Assembly: GCA_963782525.1 (NCBI GenBank) | Contig: CAWAKC010000003.1 | Location: forward strand, 32,001-96,000 | DNA length: 64,000 bases | Origin: Candidatus Bathyarchaeota archaeon | GTDB taxonomy: Archaea > Thermoproteota > Bathyarchaeia > Bathyarchaeales > Bathycorpusculaceae | Direction of reading: 5' to 3' | Part shown: in pieces, positions 11,133 to 21,870 of the stretch | How positions within the stretch are numbered: position 1 is the stretch's first letter | Layout of the letters: the number at the start of each line of letters is the position of its first letter | Notes under the pieces: generated by a model | What the model was told of the DNA's origin: nothing | Database searches by the model: none | What the model saw: the letters and a program-made list of their open reading frames with translations, nothing else | Position numbers and translations under genes: made by a program

Positions 11133-14100
11133 ATGAAAGGGCGACGGCTATTGAGTGATAATGACGAGAACATCAGAACATTAATTAATCTTGGGCTCAC
11201 AGGGGCACAGGCGAAAATTTTCCTTTCTCTACTCAGAATTGGACAAGCGTCAACAAAGGAAATTGCACAAGTTTCCAAAGTTGCTCGCCCAGACACCTAC
11301 AGAGAACTTACAGAATTGCAAGACATGGGAATTGTTAAAAAAATTGTATCAATCCCAATCAAGTTTACTTCTTTGTCCATTGAAGATGCCATTGAAATTT
11401 TGATGGCGCGGAGAAATCAAGAAACCTTAGACTTGAACAAAAAAACAACTGAGTTAATTGAAAGATTCAAAAAATTAAATTGTGAACCACAAGTAAATGA
11501 CGACAAACTCATTTTAATTCCAGAAGAAGCATTAGACCTTGAATTGCGAAAACTGCTTGAAAAAGCGGAAGACAGCGTTTGTATTATGGTTTCTAGCCAA
11601 AAAATGTATGGTTGGGCTTGTGAAAGCTTCGAACTAATTGAGGAAGCTTTGAAAAGAAAAGTTTCGTTTCGGGTTGTAACTGAAAAGCTTCCAAAACCAG
11701 CATCTTCAAAAGAAATAAATGCGCTAAACAAAAACCCAAATTTTGAAATCAGACATATTTCTGCCCCTCTTGGTGCTTGGTTTACGATATACGACGGCAA
11801 AATAGTTGTACTTGCAATCGGTCCAGATTCCGCAGTTAGGTCAAATAATAAAATCTTAATAGAATTAGCAAAAGACTATTTTGACTCCACATGGTCCTCA
11901 GCGATAGAACCAATAGACCAAATCTTCAAAAAAGATAGCCAACAATTTGATAAACTTTTTGCAAACATGATTAACGGTTTCGCCTACTGTCAAATGATAT
12001 TTGACAAAGAAGGAAAGCCTTCAGATTTTATTTATCTCCAAGTGAACGATGCTTTCTCAAAAATAACTGGATTTGAAAAAAATGAAATAATTGGTAAAAA
12101 GGTCTCTCAAGCAATACCTGGAATAAAAGAAGCTAACCCCGAACTTTTCGAAATTTACGGTCGAGTATCTCTCAGTAGGAAGAGCGAAGAGGTTGAAACT
12201 TTTTTCAAACCTTTGAACATTTGGTTATTTATTTCTGTTTACAGTCCTAAAAGAGGCTATTTTGCCGCCTTATTTGAAGATATTTCGGAATATAAGAAAA
12301 CCGAACAGAAGTTAAAGGAAAGCGAGTTAAAATACCGCAACATTTTCAACAATTCGGCAGCCGGAATGTTTAGGACTGTCTTGGACGGTTCTAAAATCCT
12401 TGACTGCAACGCCCATTTCCTTGCGATTTTTGGTAGGTCCTACGATGAAGTCGTAGGTAGACCATCAATTATTCATTGGTTTGATCCGAGTGATAGGCAA
12501 GAAATGGTTCGCTTACTTCAAGCCAAGGGACAAATTGAAGATTTTGAATGTCGGATGTTAACCAAACAAGGTGAAATTAAAACATGTCTGACATCCTTGA
12601 AGCTCGACTCTGAACAGAAAATATTAGAAGGCTCAATAATCGACATTTCCGAACGCAAACGAGTAGAAAATGCTCTGAAGGAAAATCAATATTTTGTTGA
12701 AAAAATTCTTAACACCACACCCACCCTTATCTACATTTATGACCTCATAGAGCACCGCAATGTTTACGCTAATCAAGAAATAGTTGAATTTTTGGGTTAT
12801 GAACCTGAGCAAATCGAAATGATGGGGCCAAACTTGTTTTCCACTATATTGCATCCTGACGATTTCGATCTTGTGACTAATCATCATTCAAAAATCCGCA
12901 ACGCCTCAGGAAATGACCAGTTTGAGGTTGAATATCGCATGAAACATGCCGATGAAAGTTGGCATTGGTTGCATAGCATAGACGTTCCTTTTAGTTTCAA
13001 TCAGGAAGGCACAGTTAAGCAGATTTTAGGATCGGCTGAAGACATAACAGAGCGCAAGAATAATGAATTGGAATTGAAGCGGTTAAATGAGGTTCTTGAG
13101 CGGGTGGGGCAAAGTGTTGATGCGGGGTTGGCTGTTATTGGTAAGGATTATCATGTCATTTGGGCCAATCAACGTCTAAAAGATTTGGGTGTTGCTCCAA
13201 ACAAAAAATGTTACCAAATCTTCAACAAATCCCATTCAGTTTGTATTAATTGTGGTGTAAAAAAAATTTTTGAACAAAACCGACCATTTGATGTTCATGA
13301 ATTCAAGACAATTAACTCAAAGGGTGAAACAACATGGATAGAATTAAGAGTAACTCCCTTGAAAGACAAAAACGGTGCTACCATGGCTGCTCTTGAGCTT
13401 GCAGTTCCAATCACCGAACGCAAAAAAACTGAAGAGGACTTGCAGAAAAGCCTAAAAAGAGAACGTTTTCTGGCAAATCTCATAAGAAATGCTTCGATTG
13501 CGATCGCCGTTGCATATCCTGGTGGTAGATTGATGATGATTAATGAGGCGTTTCAGCGACTCACCGGCTACAAAGAGAACGAATTGAAAAATCTTACTTG
13601 GAATGTAGATCTAACTCCAATAGAATGGCGCGAATACGAGACGAAAAAATTGGGGGAAATTATTCAATCTAAGAAATCTGGCGTTTATGAGAAAGAGTAC
13701 ATTCGAAAGGATGGGTCTATAGTTTCAGTCGAAATTGTTGTCCACCCATTCTTTGATGAAAATGAAAACATCTCTTATTATTTTGGGTTTATAACTGATA
13801 TTACAGAACGCAAAAAAGCTGAACATGAACTTTTGGAGCAGAAAGAAAAAGCCGAGCGTTATCTCAATGTTATTAGGCATGTTGTTCTGGCATTGGACCT
13901 TAAAGGAAATATTACTCTGCTCAATAAGAGAGGGTGTGAAATTCTCGGTTACGAAGAAGGAGAGCTAGATGGAAAAAATTGGGTTGAGAATTGTCTTCCA
14001 ATGGATGTAAGAGAAGAGTTAAGAATGGTTCATGAAAATTTTGTTCACATAGCGAATGGGCTTCCCGAATACTACGAGAATGCTATTTTAACAAAAAAGG

Positions 14101-14573
14101 GCGAGAGAAAAATAATTAGATGGTATAATACGGTTGTGACCGACGAGAGTGGACGAATTATTGGCTCATTGAGTTCAGGAGAGGATATTACTGAAAGGAA
14201 GAAAGCTAATGAGGCGCTGGAAACGAGCGAGAAGAAGTTCCGCTCTCTTTTTGAGAATTCTCTTGACGGATTGATAATTGCTAAGCGAGATGGGAGAATA
14301 CTTTGGGCGAATACTGCAATTTGTGAAATGCTGGGCATGACTAAAAAAGAAGTCTTGGCGGCTGGTCGCCAAGGAATAGTAGTTAATGACAAAAGAAATA
14401 TTGCTGCACTCAAAGAACATGATGCCAAAGACAAAGTTGTAGCTCAATTAGCTTTTAAACGCAACGACAAGTCTGTTTTTGAAGCTGAAATTTCAAGCAG
14501 AAACTTCGAAGATGTCGATGGGTCAACAAGCATTTTTCTTACAATCCGCGATCTCAAAAACAGATTTCGCTAA
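11133..14573 (+). CDS. TrmB-family regulator fused to seven PAS domains
   Basis: N-terminal TrmB HTH (LGLTGAQAKIFLSLL..EIAQVSKVARPDTYR) and effector domain, then seven PAS/PAC repeats ending in DIxE(R)K-type motifs. No kinase domain. Confidence 0.8.
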   Translation: MKGRRLLSDNDENIRTLINLGLTGAQAKIFLSLLRIGQASTKEIAQVSKVARPDTYRELTELQDMGIVKKIVSIPIKFTSLSIEDAIEILMARRNQETLDLNKKTTELIERFKKLNCEPQVNDDKLILIPEEALDLELRKLLEKAEDSVCIMVSSQKMYGWACESFELIEEALKRKVSFRVVTEKLPKPASSKEINALNKNPNFEIRHISAPLGAWFTIYDGKIVVLAIGPDSAVRSNNKILIELAKDYFDSTWSSAIEPIDQIFKKDSQQFDKLFANMINGFAYCQMIFDKEGKPSDFIYLQVNDAFSKITGFEKNEIIGKKVSQAIPGIKEANPELFEIYGRVSLSRKSEEVETFFKPLNIWLFISVYSPKRGYFAALFEDISEYKKTEQKLKESELKYRNIFNNSAAGMFRTVLDGSKILDCNAHFLAIFGRSYDEVVGRPSIIHWFDPSDRQEMVRLLQAKGQIEDFECRMLTKQGEIKTCLTSLKLDSEQKILEGSIIDISERKRVENALKENQYFVEKILNTTPTLIYIYDLIEHRNVYANQEIVEFLGYEPEQIEMMGPNLFSTILHPDDFDLVTNHHSKIRNASGNDQFEVEYRMKHADESWHWLHSIDVPFSFNQEGTVKQILGSAEDITERKNNELELKRLNEVLERVGQSVDAGLAVIGKDYHVIWANQRLKDLGVAPNKKCYQIFNKSHSVCINCGVKKIFEQNRPFDVHEFKTINSKGETTWIELRVTPLKDKNGATMAALELAVPITERKKTEEDLQKSLKRERFLANLIRNASIAIAVAYPGGRLMMINEAFQRLTGYKENELKNLTWNVDLTPIEWREYETKKLGEIIQSKKSGVYEKEYIRKDGSIVSVEIVVHPFFDENENISYYFGFITDITERKKAEHELLEQKEKAERYLNVIRHVVLALDLKGNITLLNKRGCEILGYEEGELDGKNWVENCLPMDVREELRMVHENFVHIANGLPEYYENAILTKKGERKIIRWYNTVVTDESGRIIGSLSSGEDITERKKANEALETSEKKFRSLFENSLDGLIIAKRDGRILWANTAICEMLGMTKKEVLAAGRQGIVVNDKRNIAALKEHDAKDKVVAQLAFKRNDKSVFEAEISSRNFEDVDGSTSIFLTIRDLKNRFR

Positions 14574-15170
14574 ACACAAAAAACCCACGATAAAATTGTC
14601 AAAGAACCGGATTTTGCCATAACTATTATGAACGTAATCTATGTTATGCTCCGCAGGTAAGCTGATTCATTAACTCTAACTCTGAAATAATGATGACATT
14701 TTTTACACGAATAGTCTTGAATGATAAAACTATAGTTTTTTCATTTCCCTTAAAGGCTTTTCAACTTCTCTACCGCAACTAGGACATAGCACCATTTAGC
14801 ATCAATCCTTGTCTTTGAAATCAGAATATGAATATTATGAAGGCCAAATGTAGCAAAAATTTGCATACATTGTTACAGGGATTCAAAACAGAAAAAATCT
14901 GTACATGTTTCTAAATAATTTTAACCATGCGAATTATTTTTTTATGGACAGATGGATAATAAAAAATACGAATAAACAATGAGGATAACAAGAGAAAAAC
15001 TCGTTCACTTTAGGGTTAAAAACATTATCAACTAAAAATATAACAGAGTTTATCTTCAGGCCTACTGCAAAACATCTGTGGATTTTTTCCCGCAAAAGAA
15101 CGAGGCTTATTATATCTTATGTATGATTAATCAATAAATTATATATTCGGGCAATCCTCATCTCTCCAAC

Positions 15171-15671
15171 ATGAACATATTAAACACTATAAAAAAATCG
15201 ACGCCGCTAAAGATAATTATTCCAATCCTAATAATCTCAATAGTCTCCATCGCTTCTTTCGCAGCAAGTGTAGCAGTTAATTCCTCAACTTCTCAGACTG
15301 TCCAAGGTGTCATGTACACAGTAACTGGAGGTTTTACAGCAGCCAGCAACGGATTTGTGGTCACTCAAAGTGCAGCTACCGCAACAACACTACCAGCCAC
15401 ATGGACAAGTAACGGCACCGTGACGACTTCAACTTTTGCAGGAAATTGGCAATACTCTTTAACAGTTACATTAAACGCAGCAGCATCAACAAGCACAACC
15501 TACACAGTAAGCGTACAATGGAACACTGGAACTGGATACGCAGCACTAGGCGCTCCACTTACCTTTACAACACCAGCCACAATAACTGCTGGGCAAACGA
15601 TGACATTCGTCTTAAACACCGGCGTAACCACCTTCAACGCACCAGCAGGTATCCTAATTACAATCGCTTAG
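15171..15671 (+). CDS. Secreted Thr/Ala-rich beta protein, candidate major fibre subunit
   Basis: Sec signal ending ASFA; all-beta-looking mature part almost devoid of charged residues; no C-terminal anchor; upstream of a signal peptidase. Confidence 0.6.
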   Translation: MNILNTIKKSTPLKIIIPILIISIVSIASFAASVAVNSSTSQTVQGVMYTVTGGFTAASNGFVVTQSAATATTLPATWTSNGTVTTSTFAGNWQYSLTVTLNAAASTSTTYTVSVQWNTGTGYAALGAPLTFTTPATITAGQTMTFVLNTGVTTFNAPAGILITIA

Positions 15672-15713
15672 GCGGCACCAACTTTGTTCAACTGGAAACG
15701 AGTCTACAAAAAA

Positions 15714-16952
15714 ATGGCTCGGATTCCTTTTTTTAATAACTTAAAAGCCCCCGGGCTCCTCATTTTCGGGTTGATCGCTCTAATTATATTTTCAATCGGA
15801 ATGATTTCGCTTTCCGCAGCTCCAGTCAACATAACTTCTTCAAGCAGTCAAGCGAAACTCGGAATCTTTATGCTGAGCTATTTTGAAAACGCAAATGCAC
15901 CCTCAAGCGGAACCTCAGTGACAGTAAATACTCAAACATCCATACCTACATCATCAGGATCTTATTTAATTCCACGCGGAACATCCGTTTACATCTGGAC
16001 AACCCAATTTGCATCTTCAATCACAGTTCCTTCAGGAAAAATGATCCTTGATTTATGGGCGGGGTCGACGACGCCTGCTCCCAGTTTGGATGGGCAAGCA
16101 TCAGCAAGCACCAATGGAGCCTCTGGATCAGTTTCCCTCACCACCACTCAAACAAGCGATCTAATTTACGTAGTCGTTTCAACATCCTCCACTCCAAGCG
16201 TGTCAATTTCTGGAGCAGGATTATCATGGAACTTAAGAGGGTCCATAGTTAACGGGAGAACTGGTGCGGTTTGGACTTTTTATTCAATTTCTCCTAGCAC
16301 TCTATCTTCAGCAACAATTACAGCAACTTTAGATTCAAAACAAAAATTCGTGATTTTAGCATTCGCTGTAAGTGGAGTAAACACTTCCGCACCATTTGAT
16401 CCAAATCTTGGAACTGTGGCAATGTCTACAGGTAGCTATTCACAGCCTTCAGTCTCGTTTACAACTAACTTTGCAAATGACTTTCTGATAGGCGCATTAT
16501 ATCTAAATAACAACCCTACGGTTACCCCCAGCCTGGGTTTTTCGACCATTGCGGTGTCTAATTTCGCTAATCAGGTAACAGGCGTCGCAGAAAGCGAAAA
16601 CTCGGAATCCGCAGGAGTTCAAATTGCAGCTTTTTCACTCAGTTCAAGCAATTCGTGGGCAATAATCGGCGATGCTCTGGTTCCATCAACCGTAGGATCA
16701 ACACTTTCAGTGTCGGCTTATACAACCGCATCTTCTGGGGCAAATTCAAACACTCTATTCAGTAGTTTCAACACAAATACGCTTTCCCCTAATGGTGGGC
16801 AAGTGGCAACAGTGTTTCCAGTAACCTCCGGCGTCATACCTGCTCAGGGATATGTAAAGATTATATTAACTGCTCCATCCACTTCTGACATTGTTATTCA
16901 ATGGGGAGCCGGAAAACCAACTAATGTACAAATTGCTTTAACGTATGGATAG
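15714..16952 (+). CDS. Secreted Ser/Thr-rich beta protein, candidate minor/tip fibre subunit
   Basis: Signal peptide ending SLSA; mature N-terminus APVNITSSSSQ resembles that of the upstream protein. ATG 15714 preferred over TTG 15684. Confidence 0.6.
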   Translation: MARIPFFNNLKAPGLLIFGLIALIIFSIGMISLSAAPVNITSSSSQAKLGIFMLSYFENANAPSSGTSVTVNTQTSIPTSSGSYLIPRGTSVYIWTTQFASSITVPSGKMILDLWAGSTTPAPSLDGQASASTNGASGSVSLTTTQTSDLIYVVVSTSSTPSVSISGAGLSWNLRGSIVNGRTGAVWTFYSISPSTLSSATITATLDSKQKFVILAFAVSGVNTSAPFDPNLGTVAMSTGSYSQPSVSFTTNFANDFLIGALYLNNNPTVTPSLGFSTIAVSNFANQVTGVAESENSESAGVQIAAFSLSSSNSWAIIGDALVPSTVGSTLSVSAYTTASSGANSNTLFSSFNTNTLSPNGGQVATVFPVTSGVIPAQGYVKIILTAPSTSDIVIQWGAGKPTNVQIALTYG

Positions 16953-18204
16953 AGCTACGATGAAGTTTACTAAGAAAAAACTGGAATTGTTGCTGTTGGT
17001 GGTCGTTGGCTTAATTATAATTTTGCTTCCAGTTTATGCAAGAACGGGGTCTTATCCGTTAGTTATAGTTGATGGAAATAGTATGTATCCTACCCTGCAA
17101 AACGGAGATGTTGTCTACTATCATGCTGCAACTAACAATGCAAACATTCCTAACGGAACCATAATAGTGTTTGTTCAAGGTGAGACCGGAATATCAATAC
17201 TAGATGGGATGGTTCGACCTGTTGTAATACATAGAATCGTTGGTCAGATTACCCAAAGTGACGGACAGGTTTGTTACACGACTAAAGGCGATAATAATAA
17301 TGTTAATGACCCTTTTCTTACGAGATCTGATCACGTTCTCGGGGCTGGTGGTCTAAATATTCCTAAAATTGGTTTATTGGTCCTTTTTTTGAAGTCCCCC
17401 CAAGGGTTGATAGCCACAATCGGAATTATTTGTTTATCTTACCTAAGCATATATGACATTAAGCGAAGAAAGGACAAGAACAAGGACAAGCTATTAGGAG
17501 CGTTAGCTAAAAAAACCCTCAACGGATACTTATCTGAGCAGCAATTCAAGAAATTGGAATTAGCAGTAAAATATTCTGATGAAATTGAAACTTCAAGTCT
17601 TAGGGATCGAAGTGTTTTTGCTTTAGTTGACTGGTTTAAGAATGGCACTAATGAAACAGATTGGAAAATGCGAATGGTGGCTTGCCCTAAATGCTTCCAT
17701 ATTGCAGTTGGACTTGAGGGGCATGAAGATTCAGTAACTATTTGTTCGAACTGCAACGATGTAAAGACCTGGAATACAACGTTGGTTTTGAATGAAAAGA
17801 ACCTTAATCGCTTATTGTTAGAGTCAATTGATGAAGCTTTGTCAGTTATAGGTAACGAAGCTAAAGCTTCATTATTTCATATACTTGAACACCAATTTCT
17901 CCTTAAAAGAGAGGAAATCCCCAAAAGAATAGATGACTTTTCAGTGGCAATGCAAAAGATATTCGGGAATGGATCTGTGAATATAGATTTACTTCTTGCA
18001 AAAACATTTAAGAAGAATCTGTTTTTGATTTGTAGGGTGGACCCTGAAAGTTTTCCTTTTCAAGAATTTGTAAAACAGATTAGGAATAATATAGACAAAA
18101 TGGGCAATGAAAAAGAGATAAGTAAAATGCTACCTGGCAAGGTTGTGGAAGTTCCCTGCGTTTTATGCAAGGAAAAACAAGATGAAAAAATAGTGGAAGA
18201 CTAA
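16945..18204 (+). CDS. Signal peptidase I (Sec11/SipW type) fused to a Zn ribbon and a NitrOD5-like domain
   Basis: GNSMYPTLQNGD, VIHRI, TKGDNN; second TM; CPKC...CSNC; C-terminal LLESIDEALSVIG..LFHILE..IPKRIDDFSVAMQKIFGNG similar to 8918..9328. Confidence 0.8.
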   Translation: MDRATMKFTKKKLELLLLVVVGLIIILLPVYARTGSYPLVIVDGNSMYPTLQNGDVVYYHAATNNANIPNGTIIVFVQGETGISILDGMVRPVVIHRIVGQITQSDGQVCYTTKGDNNNVNDPFLTRSDHVLGAGGLNIPKIGLLVLFLKSPQGLIATIGIICLSYLSIYDIKRRKDKNKDKLLGALAKKTLNGYLSEQQFKKLELAVKYSDEIETSSLRDRSVFALVDWFKNGTNETDWKMRMVACPKCFHIAVGLEGHEDSVTICSNCNDVKTWNTTLVLNEKNLNRLLLESIDEALSVIGNEAKASLFHILEHQFLLKREEIPKRIDDFSVAMQKIFGNGSVNIDLLLAKTFKKNLFLICRVDPESFPFQEFVKQIRNNIDKMGNEKEISKMLPGKVVEVPCVLCKEKQDEKIVED

Positions 18205-18366
18205 AACTTTTAACTTGTAAGTATTCATTCTAATTTACGAATATTTAAGGGATTTAGTTCAAATGTTAAAGAATTGAGAAGATTGCGCATTAAAGCAAAT
18301 AAAGCTCTTGAACAAAATTAAGAACTAATTATTAGCAGAGAATCCATGAGACTTGGGTAACACTCT

Positions 18367-21108
18367 TTAAGACTTCAGTTCTGAGGTATTCTCAGTATTT
18401 TGGCAACAATTTTCAATTCCTTTTTTGTTTACTTTAGGTATTATTATTTCGAATTTTGCGCCCTCAGAACTGCCTGTTTCCTGAATTTTCCAACCGTAAA
18501 TATCCAGCATTCTTTTAATGAAAAAAAGACCTAACCCTGTGCTGCCCCCCGTGCTATAGCCTTCTTTGAAAAGGAAAGGTTTATCTTTCAAAGAGATGCC
18601 CACACCATTGTCTTCGTAGATTAATGTTATATTTTCGTCATAGTTTTTATTATAACTGATTTTAACTTCTGAGGCTTTTTGCCCGTATTTGCGTGTATTA
18701 TCTAAAAGATTATAGAAGAGTTGTACTAAAAATGAATCTGCCAATAAGCATAATCCATGGCATCTATTGATTATTCTGAAGCTTTGATTGCTGGAAAATA
18801 ATTTAATCGCATCGTCGACCGCTACACCTGCATCGATTGGGCTTAGACTTTCTAGTCCTAGTTGCTCGTACATTTTAGCAAAATTGAAAATTCTATTTAT
18901 ATTTTGGATAGCCCGGTCTATTTGATCTAAAGCCTCAACTATTACTGGCTGCTCTTTATGCTTTTTTCTTAGGATGTAAGAGTAACCTGCTATTCCGCTT
19001 AGTTTGTTGCGAACATCGTGTCTAGTTAATCCGCCGACCACTCTTAGCTTCTCATTAAGCAATTCGGAGTTTTCAATTGTGCAACTTAATGCTTCAAGTG
19101 CTATTGTTAAATCGCGCTGAGTTTGTTTCAATTCAGAAATGTTGGTAACAACACTAACTGCACCAGAATATTTGCCTTTTTCATCGAAAAGCGGGGAATG
19201 ATTTACGATTACTGGAACTGGAACACCTTCTTTATTGATAACTTTCGCTTCAGTATCCCAGCTCACTCCAGACTTTAACCTTTTTATGACAGTTTTTGGG
19301 TTAGCATTTTCTTCGGCGCCCGTTATTTCAATTATGTCCTTACCTGCAACTTCTGTTTCGGTCCAGCCATAGAGATTTTCAGCACCTTTATTCCAGAAAC
19401 GAATTTTTCGATTTTCATCAACCATGATTACGGATTGACCAACACTGTTTAAAAGGTTCACTTGGAACGCTACCCTTCTCTCGTTCTCTTTGCGCTCGAC
19501 AACTCTTCCTAAACGCTCTGCGACAGCATCAATTAAAAATCTTTCTTCCTTCAGAAATGGTCCATCAAAATAGATTATATCTTTCTTTTCAAGATAGTAA
19601 ACTTCAATGCAACCAACATTTTTTTCAAAAGATGAAATATTGGCTTGATATCTCCAAGAACTTTGTTGGAAATTATGAGTCAGATATTGTTGATTTTCAA
19701 ACGTAATCTTGGAGCATGCACTCTCTGGGTACTGCAAAGTTTTGGGAAGTAATTCGTTGGTTCTCTTCATTACATCTTCTAATGAAGTGTTTGGCTTTTC
19801 AATCATTAGTGAAATATCGTAAAGACAACTAAGCGCTTTATTGGCCTGCTGATACCTCTGCAAAAGCTGCTCGAACTCCAATTCCGCTTTTTTATGCTCG
19901 GTTATTGGTACTGCAAGTTCGAGTACAGATGTGATCTTGCCTTCTGAATCTTTTAGAGGGGTGGCTCTAATTTCAACCCAGTTCTTTTTACCCTCTGAAT
20001 TAATGGTCATGTATTCATGGGTGTCTAAAGGAATATTTTCTTCAAAAACTTTTTTGACACCACAACCCGGACAAACTTCGTTTAATTTAGCAATCGTATT
20101 AAAACATTTTTGATTAGGAATAGCTCCTGCATTTGCCAGGACTTTATTGCACCAAATAATATCGTAGTTTTTGTCAATTATTGCTAGTCCAGCGTCGATG
20201 TTTTCTCCGACACTTTCAAGAAGCTGGAACTTTTCGGTGAGCTTTAATGCCGCGTTCTTCTCTTTCGTTATGTCTTGGCATGTTCCCAAAATTTGTTTAC
20301 CCGTCCCTCGAGCAGTTCTACTAAATAATATGTCATAGCTCCGGAACCAATGCCATTCTCCATCGGCATGTCTTATCCGATATTCCACTTCAAAAACCTC
20401 GTTCTCTAAGGCGTTCGTAAACCGGGCATAATGAGCGGTTATTATTTTAACATCTTCTGGGTGCAAAAGACTTATGAACGATTCAGAACCCATTTCTGAA
20501 ATCTGCTCTGGAGAATAACCGAGAAATTTAGCTGCTTCCTTGTTCGAATAAATATATTTATTTTCAAATAAATCATAGATGTAGACTATATTTGGTGTCG
20601 AATCGATTATTTTATGAGTAAAAAGTCGTGCTTCAGCTAATTTCTTTTTTGACTCAGTTTTCTCAATAGAATTTTCTATAACGTGTTCAAGTTCGCCATA
20701 AACCGTTTCTGGGTTGCCTTGTTTGTTTACGTAGCCGTCTGCGCCTAGATTCAATGCTTTGACAGCAAGTTCTTCTCGACCTTTTCCAGTAAACAAAACA
20801 AAAGCAATATCGTTTTTTTGCTCTCTAAGGTTGAGAAGTAAATCCAGTCCATTTTTAATAGGCATTTCATAATCAGAAATTACGGCGACATAATTACCTG
20901 TGGATAGTTTATTTAATGCTTCATCTACGTTTGATGCACAATCAATTAGGTATTCGCCATCTGATTCTAAAATTGTCTTTGTAAGATTTAGAAAACAAAG
21001 GTCATCGTCAACATATAATATGTTCTTTTTACATATTGGTTGTTCTTTTTCTGCCCCAATTTTAAATGTAATAAGGTTGTTTTCATTGGAATTACAATTC
21101 ATCTGCAA
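18367..21108 (-). CDS. Hybrid histidine kinase (REC-PAS-PAS-GAF-like-PAS-HisKA-HATPase)
   Basis: ILYVDDD, SDYEMP, RHDVRNKL, DNGVG, GSTGLGL. Confidence 0.88.
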   Translation of the reverse strand: MQMNCNSNENNLITFKIGAEKEQPICKKNILYVDDDLCFLNLTKTILESDGEYLIDCASNVDEALNKLSTGNYVAVISDYEMPIKNGLDLLLNLREQKNDIAFVLFTGKGREELAVKALNLGADGYVNKQGNPETVYGELEHVIENSIEKTESKKKLAEARLFTHKIIDSTPNIVYIYDLFENKYIYSNKEAAKFLGYSPEQISEMGSESFISLLHPEDVKIITAHYARFTNALENEVFEVEYRIRHADGEWHWFRSYDILFSRTARGTGKQILGTCQDITKEKNAALKLTEKFQLLESVGENIDAGLAIIDKNYDIIWCNKVLANAGAIPNQKCFNTIAKLNEVCPGCGVKKVFEENIPLDTHEYMTINSEGKKNWVEIRATPLKDSEGKITSVLELAVPITEHKKAELEFEQLLQRYQQANKALSCLYDISLMIEKPNTSLEDVMKRTNELLPKTLQYPESACSKITFENQQYLTHNFQQSSWRYQANISSFEKNVGCIEVYYLEKKDIIYFDGPFLKEERFLIDAVAERLGRVVERKENERRVAFQVNLLNSVGQSVIMVDENRKIRFWNKGAENLYGWTETEVAGKDIIEITGAEENANPKTVIKRLKSGVSWDTEAKVINKEGVPVPVIVNHSPLFDEKGKYSGAVSVVTNISELKQTQRDLTIALEALSCTIENSELLNEKLRVVGGLTRHDVRNKLSGIAGYSYILRKKHKEQPVIVEALDQIDRAIQNINRIFNFAKMYEQLGLESLSPIDAGVAVDDAIKLFSSNQSFRIINRCHGLCLLADSFLVQLFYNLLDNTRKYGQKASEVKISYNKNYDENITLIYEDNGVGISLKDKPFLFKEGYSTGGSTGLGLFFIKRMLDIYGWKIQETGSSEGAKFEIIIPKVNKKGIENCCQNTENTSELKS

Positions 21109-21483
21109 TGAAAATCATCCTGATTCAATTTTGAAATATTCATGAAGTTGTCAAAGGCTGCATTAATTGGGTCAAGCGACTTATCATGGTCTCTAAAGGT
21201 TTGAGATTTGGTGCGGTTTTTCATTTTTAGCTAAGCCTCAGCCTTCAAATAACGATTGTCGACGATTAATTGCTATTATCCCAAGGGGAGTGAACAGTTA
21301 ATAAGTTTATGAATTTCGAGTGTAACATGCTCTGCCAATTCTTTGGTGAAATTCACGTTTAGTTTCATAATTAGAGACAGTTGTCCCAAAAAATGGGCCT
21401 AAAACGAGTTTGTTGTATCAGCCGTTAATGATAACCCTGCCAAAAACTGTTCTATTTTTAGTCTTTCGTGAAAGGAATCCAAA

Positions 21484-21870
21484 ATGGATACGTTAAAACG
21501 AATACCATTCGAAGAAGTATTAGCAGCATCTCATATTCTATGGACAAGTAAATCATTGGCTGATCAGATCGCTTTAGACTCACTTGAAATTATTAACAAG
21601 TCATATAGGCGGAAATTTTCGTTCTTTAGTGGAAGAAGGTCAACATGGATTGTTGGAGGCTTACTGTATCTTTTAAGCTACAGATACGATTCAGTCAAAA
21701 AACAAAAAGAACTAGCAGACGTTTTAGGTACAACAGATGGAACAATTAGGGATTCTTATAGACTCTGGCTTAAAACATTCCCGGATCTGTTTATGGATGT
21801 AATCGGCAAGTTTGCTAACGACGAAAAGCTTCGTTACTTTGTCCGAATAGATTTAATAAAAGAAGCATGA
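21484..21870 (+). CDS. Single TFIIB/TFB cyclin-repeat-like protein
   Basis: SGRRSTWIVGGLLYL...KKQKELADVLGTTDGTIRDSYR resembles the second TFB cyclin repeat with its BRE-binding HTH. Confidence 0.6.
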   Translation: MDTLKRIPFEEVLAASHILWTSKSLADQIALDSLEIINKSYRRKFSFFSGRRSTWIVGGLLYLLSYRYDSVKKQKELADVLGTTDGTIRDSYRLWLKTFPDLFMDVIGKFANDEKLRYFVRIDLIKEA

